A stretch of 62,375 nt of DNA, counting the filler, from Choristocarpus tenellus KU-1152 (lineage: Eukaryota > Protista > Phaeophyceae), in assembly GCA_964200185.2 (NCBI GenBank). It is 7 parts of 7 records of this genome, joined end to end, with 100 filler letters (N's around TTAATTAATTAA, not from the genome) between each part and the next. Parts side by side here need not be neighbours in the genome. Positions count along the whole stretch, not along the records: positions 1 to 9,683 come from CAXNAD020003474.1; positions 9,784 to 13,697 come from CAXNAD020017183.1; 5 more parts are not named here. The stretch is one strand, 5' to 3'. The notes under the pieces were generated by a model. The model had not been told where the DNA came from, did not search any database, and was given only the letters and a program-made list of their open reading frames with translations. This document shows, one piece after another, positions 1-10,722 of this stretch. The stretch's first letter is position 1; each line of letters starts with the position of its first letter. A program made the translations under genes and the position numbers.

Positions 1-192
1 ACTAACACGGTCTACAGACTAACACGGTCTACAGACTAACACGGTCTACAGACTAACACGGTCTACAGACTAACACGGTCTACAGACTAACACGGTCTAC
101 AGACTAACACAGTCTACAGACTAACAATGCAATTGCCAGTACTAACACGGTCTACAGGCTGACAATGCAATTGCCAGTACTAACACGTCTAC
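1..192. repeat. 17-bp tandem repeat (ACTAACACGGTCTACAG)n with degenerate tail
   Basis: About 7 near-perfect copies from base 1, then two variant copies interleaved with ACAATGCAATTGCCAGT. Confidence 0.95.
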
Positions 193-742
193 AAGTGGGT
201 CATGAGAGATCAACTCTCAGAGACTCAAGCGAGCGAATCATTAAATCATTAAATACTCCCACATCATATCACAGGATTGCAGGGGGAGGCAAGGCAAAAT
301 CAAAGACACAATAAACTGCAACTGCTACCCTTGTGTACAATTTCACATAAGCACCAGCAACTACATATATTGAACTCAATACCATTGTCAACCATTGTGA
401 TATATATTATTGTGAATATTGAAGCATGACTCTACGTGCCCCAATCACAGTACAGGTGCGTTCCTAATTGTCTCTCCCATGCAAACAATATAATTCCATT
501 TGCTAAACTCCAAACTGTCAAGTACAGTGCATGACCTGCTCTTGTTCCAAGAAGAGATCCCCAACAAGAATGATAAAGACCCTTCTAGAAGGTCATGAGT
601 TTTGTAGTACCAGTGGTGTAGTATTGCTTACACCCTACTGCATGAAAAGTGTCCGTCTTCTAAAGTCGAGGTTTAAAAGGGGCAATTGGGAATGTACCTG
701 TCTCTTACTTGTGGAAAGGAAGAATATCACGCTTGCGACATA

Positions 743-1007
743 ATCATATAACATAACTATATAACATAATTATATAACATAACTATGTAACATAATTATA
801 TAACATAACTATATAACATAATTATATAACATAACTATATAACATAATTATATAACATAACCATATAACATAATTATATAACATAACCATATAACATAAT
901 TATATAACATAACCATATAACATAATTATATAACATAACTATATAACATAATTATGTAACATAATTATGTAACATAACCATATAACATAATTATATAACA
1001 TAACTAC
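743..1007. repeat. 13-bp minisatellite ATAACATAA(T/C)(T/C)AT
   Basis: About 20 tandem copies; variants ATAACATAATTAT and ATAACATAAC(T/C)AT mostly alternate. Confidence 0.95.
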
Positions 1008-1683
1008 ATCAGTGACCGTGCATTACAAACGCACCATAAAATGGCAATGTTAATGGTAACACGATAAACACTGCTCTAATAATAGCCCACACTATTCTAT
1101 AGCACACTACTACAATTCTACAATAGAGGCATCATTCTTTAAAATATTCCAAAAAAATCTCTGTTCTACAAAGAAATCAATGCAGTATTAAAAAAAGGGG
1201 GGTATCACACAACCACAACCACAACCCATCATCCATCATCCATCATATTTTTAGTTCTCACGTATTCCAGAGACAGAGACAAGACTTGGACTATTCCAGA
1301 GACAAGACTTTAAAAGGCTTGTACTCACCATCACCCACAACGCCAACCTGTCCATCACCTCCATCAAAAGTGTCCCCATCAACCAGTCCATCATAGTTGA
1401 AAGGACCATGCCTGGGCGAACAAATGGGTGCATTGAAATTCAAAAAATTGAACTATACCAATCTCAAATTAAAAAACATCGCTTCTAAGAATGTAAGTGT
1501 TGACAGCAAAATTCTTGGTGTCACTAATGACAGCCTGTTATCAACAAGAATCAGTGCGATGTTTGCTTCCACGTATGAGGCAGAGAGGGTGTATTACACT
1601 ACTGGGGTGTTGACATAAACACACAAAACACACAAGCTGCTATCAAGAGTATGTGAAAGGTACCTGCTGCGATCTTCAAGCAA

Positions 1684-1717
1684 AGGGTTAGGGTTAGGGT
1701 TAGGGTTAGGGTTAGGG
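1684..1717 (+). repeat. Interstitial (TTAGGG)n run
   Basis: About 5.5 perfect TTAGGG units; shorter runs occur at ~46594-46614 and ~60328-60349. Confidence 0.9.
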
Positions 1718-2022
1718 ATGTGAGGTTGAAAGAGCGCTTAATCCGCTCTCTGTAACAATGGGTAGAAGTGGAAGAGGCAAAAACAATACAAGAAGATTTT
1801 GTTTAAATTATTGTTGACCTCAGGTCTTTGATCTTTCAGGCTGAAAAAAAATCCCACATATTCTAATAAATGGATGTGGCCATGGGTGGAGAGTGGTGAC
1901 TGAGTACTCTAATACTCCCTGCAACATTAACAAAAGGGATGAGCAAAAGTGTTGCACAACACATTGCCAAGAATTAAAGTGATAAAACAGTTTTGAGAAA
2001 AGGGGACGTGAAAAATTCCAAA

Positions 2023-2054
<32 letters not shown>

Positions 2055-2310
2055 TAACAATAGTAACAACAATAATAATAATAATAATAATAACAACAAC
2101 AACAACAAAAAATAATAATAACAACAACAACAACAACAAAAATAATAATAATAATAATAACAACAACAATAATAATAATAATCAACAATAATAATAATAA
2201 TAATACACCGTTGTTGTGGTGATGGATGTGGACCGATGATAGTACGTAATATTGGCAACTGGAAAATTACAAAGAGCGACAGTGAGCAATAATAATAATA
2301 ATAATAATAA
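2023..2310. repeat. (AAT/AAC)n microsatellite
   Basis: Compound trinucleotide run at 2023-2204 plus 2288-2311; it explains the poly-I/Y/L ORFs. Confidence 0.95.
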
Positions 2311-3153
2311 TCTACAAAAAAGAGCAAAACAATTCAAGGCACTTCTCTATTGTTTTAGATGGTTCTGCACCTCCCAAACTGTAAGCCCCCTCCCCCCCTT
2401 ACAAGTGTTCATTCCTTTCAAATGTGTTCTTTGCGCCAAGCCTTGTTCCTGATGACAAAAGGTCTTACTCCTGGAGAGGCGTTCCCCCTGACCCACGACA
2501 CTTGAGGATCATTGCACATTTTGAAACAAGCACTCCTGAATGAGTGGGGAGGTGAGGGTTCCTCTAAGGATAAAACCTGTTCATTTTCAAATATAGAATT
2601 TCTGGAGAATATATTACCTCATCAACTCTCTCACAGTTATACCAGTAAGCCTCTCCACATCAACAACTTCTGTTCAAAATGCAAAGAGTAGCTGACCTGA
2701 ACTGTCCACTTCCCCCAGGTTGTGTGCATATAAGTGCATCACAATCATAAGCCAGCTACTTGCACTATCTGATGCTGCACAAAGACGAGGGGCACACTAG
2801 CGCTAACACGGGTCACACTAGCGCTAACACGGGTCACACCTATCTGATTTGGTGGCCTTGGTATCCTTGTGCTTCGCCACATAGATATCTTCCATGTCCT
2901 TGTTCAGCTCAGTCCTGCCCTCTGTCAATTCTGAGGCGAAGTACACCTTTAGTAACAAAACGAATGGCAATAACCCCCTTAGTAACCTGGACTGACAATT
3001 GAGTTCCTCATTTTGTCTGCAGTGTCTTACTGAAGTAGTGTATGGTATACATATTGCTAAAAAAAATGCTCCATTCATTTTTGGTACAGGGCAAGTGCTT
3101 GATATTATTTCGTTAAGAGTACTACGTTACGTACTGCCCAAAGAACCGCTTAC

Positions 3154-3729
3154 GCTCTTTGGCAGCCTCCCCAGTCCTGCAATTTGAAACAAGTTCGTCT
3201 AAGCACATTGAAAGTTTGATTCCAGGTGAAGGGCTCGAATATTACATCCCGGCGACCAGTGGAAGTAGTCGCAAACGGACCACAACCCAACTGTTTCTGA
3301 CTCCACAACCTCTTCCACACGCAGTAGACACATTCTAGAACCAGAACCACCTCCTCACGAACTATTAGCGTTGAAGAACAAGCTCACTGAAGAAGTATTT
3401 ATTTCCTTAATGGGTTTCGAGATCCTACGTTCCGTACCCCCTTACCCCTTCAACACACACACGTAGTCAAGACGGGCCATTGCAGAAGGTGTATCATTTC
3501 TTGTTTTATCACAAAACACAAAATACGATCGACGCAAACAAACGTGTACTCTGCACTATGGTCCATTTTCATCGGAGGACGTTCTGGCACTCGTATCAAT
3601 CTGGAAGACTTGATCATACTGAACGTTCAATTTGAAATTCCTTAGCACTAAAAGGCTAAGAGGAACACCGACTACTTCTCGCACCTTTGGAGCATCGCCA
3701 TAGTCCTCTGTCTCTTCTTCCTCCGCCAT
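3154..3729 (-). CDS. Possible 5' exons of an unidentified gene (MAEEEETEDYGDAPK...)
   Basis: ATG at 3729 followed by an acidic peptide and an AAG|GTGCGA donor; short AG..GT-bounded segments near 3447-3500 and 3154-3176. I could not assemble a phase-consistent model. Confidence 0.25.
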
Positions 3730-6269
3730 CTGAATGCGATTGACGAGTCGAGGTCGAGACGTTTTCACGCAGCCGGTAAGACATCGGGACAAGGTGGCAG
3801 GACCAGTAAACGCTGACACCGTCGCTGCGCATGATTAGGCGTGTATGAGCATTTAGAAATGAGGAATTAGTCACCTTTGGAATGTCAGGGAGAAATGGTT
3901 TCATATTACGGAGTCAAGCAGTGAAACGATTTTAAGGCTCGACAAGTTAAGTCCTCAAGAGAAGGAGCACGAATTGCTGGCCGAGCTTTAGCACAGTCGT
4001 TCTACTAAGATAGCATGCAACGATTCACAATGGTTCAACATACTACAGTATTAAACGTTCGAATTCTCACCCAGACTGGACAACAACCAGCATGCTTCAG
4101 GCACAGCCGACCTCATAATTGGGAGCAGTGGGAGAAGGATTTACAATTCTCACGAAGATCTGTCTGCTGTACTTCGACGTCCTGTCCACAGAACGGTGGT
4201 GTTTGGACCAAGACAGAATTGATCGATCAAACCCTCAACTTCACATCGCGAGCTCGCGCAATCTCGCGTGTCCAGTTTGAACTTCGTTGTGGAGTTGTGG
4301 AGTGTGAGTCAGTTAGTTGTTAAGGTGGCGACTACCTGGTGAATGGGGGTTCGAACCCCTTCGACGTCGATCTCTTCTCACCGAAACCTGTTTTTTATAT
4401 TACTATTACATGCGATAACGACAACGGATTGTGGGCCTGTACTAACTGTGTGGTGTCCTCCCCTCTGTGTGTGGGTATACCACAAGAACGCTGGACCAAT
4501 ATCGAGGTGGAAATTTTGGGGTGAGTTCAGGAAAAGATTCGAGGGAGGAGAGGGAACAATGAGTGATGGGATGCCATGAGTTCTAAAGCCAACGAGCGAG
4601 AAGTATTAGGGAGGAAGAAAGAAGCCGTAAATTAGTCGTAGCGGAAGAGTTGCTTGTGAGAGGTGGTCCATTGTGTAGTGGATCTAACTACGTGTGGGGA
4701 TTAACCCTGCATACACCGAACAGCAACAACAATCATAATAATTATGAAAAAAAAAAGGGGGCATAATATTATACGAGCAACAGAAATAATACCAGCAACG
4801 ATAATAATAGTACTAGGATGGTAGTGAAATAACAAATAGATTAGTGTTTTCACATTTGTGACAAATTTTAGTTCTTTAGGGATTTTTCTAACATGTGAAT
4901 AGTTTTTCCTTGGTTTTTCCCCTGATACATCTGCAAAATATTATAGCTGATAATAATATAATAGTAGTACTAAAAAAAATACTATTGACAAAAAAAATAG
5001 CAACAACGACAACAGGAGCAAAAATAACATCCAAACATCAATTGTAACAGTTGTAAACGGACACGCAGGCTCTTCGAACTGAAGGGGAGGAGGAAGACCC
5101 ACAGGAGGAAGGGAAGGCAGAGAGACAAGGCAGGAGGGTGAGGAACCCTCCCTAAGAAGGTCACTCAGAGAAGGAGAGAACAGGGAAAGTGGATGAAGGG
5201 GGCTTGTCACCTCCACTCTACAACCCGATATTGACATCGTAATTTGTACCAATTCATATTTCTGAAAGTGGTGTGGAACAAATGTTCATCTTCCGACAAC
5301 AAGATGGGACATTTCGAATCAACACATTGTGGTTTGTACAAGGTAACTCACTTCATTCATCTTTCACAAATAGGAGAGTGGCAAGTGGAATTTTTTTTAT
5401 ATGTGTGAGAGGTGAATATGTGACAAATATTTGTCCACGTTTCGTGTATCGACCAGTCTTCCAATAAATATACGATAAATACTTGTACTCGTTCCAGAAA
5501 CGATACTATGTACTTACAAATGTTTGTGGATGCTTTTAATATAGGAGTGGTAGTACCAATACTCAAATTGCGAGTCTGACCACCAATATATGGGAAAATA
5601 TACGGGTACATATTTTCAACTGATGAAAGTTCAATGACCCCCAACACAACATACTAGTAATGTACAGAGGCCATGTGTTATTCGCCACGATACAAATTGA
5701 TCCATCGATAACGGACATTTCGCAGATCATTAAGTCTTCTGTAGTTTTTATTATAACAAAACAAAAGAAAGTGCTGGCTCTATATAATTTCAATAGTAAT
5801 AGTAACGCTAGATTTGAATACATTTTTTTCTCACAGTAAATTTCATTAAGAAAATATTTGTATACCATTATTCTTACCATCATACATTACAATATAGGAT
5901 ATACATGTAGTTGTTCTTCCTGCTCCATAATTATGTAAGATTTGTAGATTTTTTTTTTCTGTTGAATTGGAGAGGACAATGTCTGTTCAACATTATTCTG
6001 TTCTCCAAATGACAAGATAAGAATTGTTGTGAAAATGAGGTAGGGACAGATCAGAGATACACAATCTTCTCTTCACGGCTTAGGTTAGGGACAGATGGGG
6101 ATAGACGAGTAGGAGGTTACACCAGGAACAAGCTGTCAAATCCCGTTTACGACAGATAGTGTCTGTCACTACACAAGTGACTCTCTCAAGACGTGGCATG
6201 CATTTTAAGCTAGAAACACCAGCGAGGCAGGCAAGATAGGCCTGTCAGATCCTTGGGACCTGTCAGGTT

Positions 6270-6345
6270 ATTGGGATGCTTCCCTAGCTCCTCGCCCTGT
6301 GGTGTAGGGCTAAGCTATGTTGGAGGCAAAGCAGCAGTGTACACA
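6270..6345 (+). mobile_element. Short 3'-end fragment of the CRE-like non-LTR element
   Basis: TTGGGATGCTTCCCTAGCT...GTTGGAGGCA is the reverse complement of the 3' tails at ~7250-7312 and ~7946-8002. Confidence 0.6.
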
Positions 6346-6439
6346 CAACATTGAATGTTCGACCTTTTATAGGAAGAAGGGTGATGTATAGCTGGTAGCC
6401 AAATAGTAAACAGATTTTGGAGAGGTATCTTTCACTTTT

Positions 6440-7900
6440 ACAACTGTTACTTTCACAGGAGTCCTAATAGTACTGAATTGACTTTTTCCATGTCAGATCT
6501 GGAAAATGTCAGAGGGCATAATATTATATATAATAGGGACAAATTATTCATAAATGGTGATAAAATGGTGAGCGATATCTACAAGTCATGTCTATATGGT
6601 AACCAACAAGGTTACAACGACAAATCGGGATTTGTACATATATATTATTATGCTCTCTGACATTTTGCAGATGTGTCGGGCAAAACCAGTGAAAACTATA
6701 CATAATATGTCGTTATTAGCCCTAAAGAAATAAAATAACCTAAACGTGAGATTTGTACATCATTCCTCAACATCGAGCTGTACTCGGTACAAGATTTGTG
6801 GTACAAGATTCCTGTGGTAGAAATGATTTGTACATCTCCACCACTCCTTCAAACTTCACATACAAATACACAGTGTATTTTTTTTTCTCCTACTTTGTAA
6901 AACATAAATAAGTTGAACAGTAATTTGTCCAACATGGGCATTTTTTTTTTTATGCGTTGTCATAAATACATTTACGTTATTACGCCCTCTGACATTTTCC
7001 AGATGTGCCAAGGAAAAAGGCAATTCAGTATCATAAGGATCCCTGAAAAAGTAACAATTGTCGTAAATGTGAACATGTATTTTTATTATGCTCTCTGACA
7101 TTTTGCAGTTGCGTCAGAGGAAAAACCAATGAAAAGTTAATTAATTATCAGAACCCGTGAAAAAGTAACAGTTATCATAATTGTGAGAGACATTATCTAT
7201 CATCCATTTACTGTTTTACAACCAGCTATGCTACACCACTCCCCTCCTATGCCTCCAACCTAGCATATCCCTACACTACACCCCCCAGCGAGAAGCTAGG
7301 GAAGCATCCCAAGATTCTGATAGGCCCCTCCTCCTTGCCCATCTCCCTGGTGTCTCCAGCTTCAAACGCATGACACGTCTTGATTGAGCCACTTTTGTAG
7401 TGACAAACACTATCTGTCGTAAACGGGATTTAACAGCTCCTTTCCTGCTGTAGCCTCTCGCCCCTCTCCCCCCTACCGTGTGCGTAGCCAACTCATTCAG
7501 AAAACTTTCTGCTTGCTTACCAAGGCGCCCAAAACTTTCCACCGCGAAGGTGTTGAGGTTGTAACTACGAGGGTCAAAAGAAACCTCGTAGTGGGCGCGC
7601 TTTTTCGCCTCTGTGGATGAGTGCGGCAGATAGGAGACTGCTTGAACTTCTCCAAATGTGACACCCAGGAGGAGGTCTTTATCCCGGTAGGGAGCTGATC
7701 TGGCATCTACAAGTGCCCCAGCATAGAAGACCAGATCCACACGGAAATTCCTCTCCACTATCATCTATATAAATTCATAATTTTATTATTATGCCCTCTG
7801 ACATTTTGTAGACGTGTCAGGGATAAACCAATGAAAAGTATTCATATGTCAGAAAAATCCCTAAGAAAGTAACATCTGTCATAAAATGTGAAAAACACCT
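6440..7900. repeat. Cluster of a ~110-bp repeat unit (TATTATGCCCTCTGACATTTTGCAGATGTGTCAGGG...AAAGTAACA...AATGTGAA)
   Basis: Copies at ~6440-6530 (-), ~6645, ~6978, ~7083 and ~7783 (+); dispersed copies at ~4848-4940 (-) and ~10316-10415 (+), and a partial one at ~29345. Confidence 0.8.
7225..7764 (-). mobile_element. 5'-truncated non-LTR retrotransposon, restriction-like endonuclease (RLE) C-terminus, CRE-like
   Basis: ORF 7276-7764 reads RVDLVF...(G)VTF...EAKKRAHY...FAVESFGRLG, matching the R.D..D.T..K..Y..(P)AVE..G.LG pattern of CRE/R2-type RLE domains. Confidence 0.75.
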
Positions 7901-7917
7901 ATTTAATATTCTACTCC

Positions 7918-8830
7918 TAGCTATGCTGGACCACTACCTTCCTGTGCCTCCAACCTAGCTTAGCCCTGTCCCCAGGGTGAGGAGCTTAGGGAAGCATCCC
8001 AAGAATCTAATAACCCCTCTTTGCCCATGGGTGAAGGTATCTTAGAGGGTACGAGTTTTCCCATATTTGTCCAATTTCGACTTGGCTTCCCACGGTTTTT
8101 TTATAACATTTTCCTACCCCAAAATGTTTCGGAGTAGGTGAAATGTGTATGATGTTAAAAGGTGTGTCCAGAATAAGGATATTGACACTTCTTAACAAAC
8201 ACGATAGCCAAAATTACATCAAAATCACAACATTGAATTTTGATCCCCGAATGGACGCAGCTCTACCCTCTCAGATACTTTGACTCCCATCTCCCTGGTG
8301 TCTCCAGCTTAAAACGTATGACACGTCAAGATAGTCCTACTTGCGTTGTGACTGGGACTATCAGGCGTAGACGGGATTTGACCGCCCCTTTCCTGCTGTA
8401 GCCTCCTGTCCCTCTCCCCCCTACCCCGCTTGTGTGGCTAGCTCGTCCAGAAAAATTTCCGCTTGCTTACCGAGGCGTCCAAAACTTTCCACTGCGAAGG
8501 TGTTGAGGTTGTAAGTACGGGGGTAAAAGGATCGAGGGTTTGCTTTCGTCCCTCGGCTACATACAGGAGTAGCTACACCATTGCACGTGGATGAGTGAGG
8601 TAGGTGGGAGGCCGCTTGCATTTCTGTAAACGTAACATCGAGGAGGAGGCCTTTGTCTCCGTAGGGAGTTGATCCGGCATCCGCAAGTGCACATGTATGG
8701 AACATCAGATCCATGCGGAAAGTCCTATCTACTGTGAATGGACTGCCATCCTCCATAATGCAGGGGATGCCAACTCCTTTGCAAAGTTGACCCAGACGTT
8801 TCACCATCAGTGTATGCTGGCGAACCTGGC
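7918..8830 (-). mobile_element. Second, longer CRE-like RLE fragment, interrupted by MITE-B
   Basis: ORF 8421-8906 reads RQHTLMV...RMDLMF...LLDVTF...FAVESFGRLG and is colinear with the 7225-7764 copy; MITE inserted at 8029-8286. Confidence 0.75.
8029..8286 (+). mobile_element. MITE family B (~250 bp), TSD CCAT
   Basis: TIR GGGTGAAGGTATCTTAGAGGGTA...TACCCTCTCAGATACTTTGACTC; CCAT at 8025-8028 and 8287-8290; the empty site is visible in the paralog at ~7336-7347. Confidence 0.9.
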
Positions 8831-9254
8831 TTCCACCTAAATATATAATATAAACATATATTAGCAAATAACCTCTATCCGTATGATGGTATGTGTCATA
8901 CGGCAATAACGGTAGAACAGAAAATCTGCTTTTCGTATGTATACAGAATTCTCATCCCTCAATGAATAATATTGACAACATACTTACCATGGAAATCTGG
9001 GATCGATTCTCCAAGGTTTATGTCTTACGTACAGGGTAACCACTATTATGTATGGAATGTACATGTTGCTTATACATCTTGCCTGTACGAATCTGTACCA
9101 CAAAAGGGCCAGACCAAGAACAATGAGGTGGCAAAAGGCTTTGTTGCCAAGGAACATCGAGGACCTAGAGTCCAGCTGGTAGCAGAAGATTTACAGGAGG
9201 AGGTGGAGCAATGACCAGTTTGATAACTGAACCCAATGTGCGAGAGGACAAAAC

Positions 9255-9683
9255 TCAAATGGAGGCAGCAAAATTATTTGCTGTGGCGCAACAGTTAGTT
9301 GAAACTATACTTTGTATCACTCGAGTATTGTAATATAAATGCCTAGGAATTAAATAAATGTGAGAAGTACTCTGTAATAGTAGCAGTTCTTCAGTCTGAA
9401 GTGCCTCTAACCATGGGTCAAGTAAAATGATCCCCAATCTACAGTGAAAGGTCGTATAAAATATGCTTTTGAAAGGCGATCGAGCATTGCATCCATTGTG
9501 CCTGAGCTTGTTGAATGTTGTTGTGGTGGAATGAATACAGTGTTGGCAAATGATCCAAGCTTGAGGGGGGCCAGATAATTTCTCAACAACTGTCCCAAAA
9601 GAAACATGGGGGTAGGTCTCCAGGCAGGAGTGGGTCTGTAGGAAGGGGGGCACGTTCATGCAAGAAGGGTGTGGTAGTCATAC
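9255..9683 (-). mobile_element. Possible decayed LINE ORF2 C-terminus (zinc-knuckle region)
   Basis: Weak similarity to L1/Tx1 C-termini: C...ETYPH and a later KLRHN; interrupted reading frames. Confidence 0.25.
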
Positions 9684-9783
9684 NNNNNNNNNNNNNNNNN
9701 NNNNNNNNNNNNNNNNNNNNNNNNNNNTTAATTAATTAANNNNNNNNNNNNNNNNNNNNNNNNNNNNNNNNNNNNNNNNNNNN

Positions 9784-10555
9784 TACTCTTATGGTGGTCT
9801 GGTCTATTATGCTATCCTTGTTAATCGTTATATTATTAGCCTGAGAGATCACAGATCCATGATGGAAAGGTGATCAAAAGAATGGAATCCTCAGTTTTTG
9901 AAATCTGCTGTTTATTGCTGAACAAGATCAACCCTTCAGGTTAAAGAGGCGATTTTCGTTCTCAAAGGACGAGTGAATGCCAGGAGAAGGAGAGGAGCAG
10001 ATCTTACCTTGAAGCAAGAGCACTCACAGTGTATCAACCGACTCCTCAATCCCACAGGAGACGACAGGAAAATATGTTTGCCTTTCAGGCTACTCCTCCT
10101 CCTAACAGTTCTCTGCATTGATGCTGTTTGTATAATTAAATTTCACGCTTTGGGGGATGGTTTGAGTTGCATTCTTTCTGGTATGACTTAATGTTTTTGT
10201 GGGTGTCTGTGCACCATACCTGGATTCTCTTCATCACCCTCCTAGATACGCTGGGTCTTTTTCTCCCCTTTTTTCTTCTCTTCTCTCTCCTTTTCATTAC
10301 TTTTCCTATAGAATGTATATTATTCTGCCCTCTGATATTTTACAGATGTGTGGGGGAAAATGTCAAACCAGTATCATAATAAGGACCCCTGTAGTAAGAG
10401 TACCAGTTGTTAATTTTCCAATAGTTTTTTCGGTAGTGTTGTATTTGTCAGTTCCATTCTTTTGATCACCTTTCCATCATGGATCTGTGATCTCTCAGGC
10501 TAATAATATAACGATTAACAAGGATAGCATAATAGACCAGACCACCATAAGAGTA
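9784..10555. repeat. Perfect 104-bp inverted repeat pair
   Basis: 9784-9887 is the exact reverse complement of 10452-10555. Confidence 0.9.
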
Positions 10556-10640
10556 ATTTAATTTTTGGAATTTTAGTAATGAGGAGGACTCGTTTCTGTA
10601 TGTGATGATTGTTGAGAAATTTGATAATTAAAATAATATC

Positions 10641-10722
10641 CGACACCGGTGAGATTCGAACTCACGCGTGCAAAGCACACAAACTTAGCAGGCTTGCACC
10701 TTAACCACTCGGTCACGGTGTC
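10641..10722 (-). tRNA. tRNA-Ser(GCT)
   Basis: GACACCG/CGGTGTC acceptor stem plus discriminator G, D-loop GAGTGGTTAAG, anticodon arm CAAGC-CTGCTAA-GTTTG, long variable arm, T-loop GTTCGAATC; 82 nt. Confidence 0.97.

Noticed and set aside
1684-1717. TTAGGG run as a chromosome end
   Set aside because: Short and internal to a contig; several similar interstitial runs occur in the window.
1820-2327. Poly-Ile/Tyr/Leu ORFs
   Set aside because: Translations of the AAT/AAC microsatellite.
4345-4360. GGTTCGAACCC (also GGTTCGAATCC at ~17091) as tRNA T-loops
   Set aside because: No acceptor stem or anticodon arm could be folded around either site.
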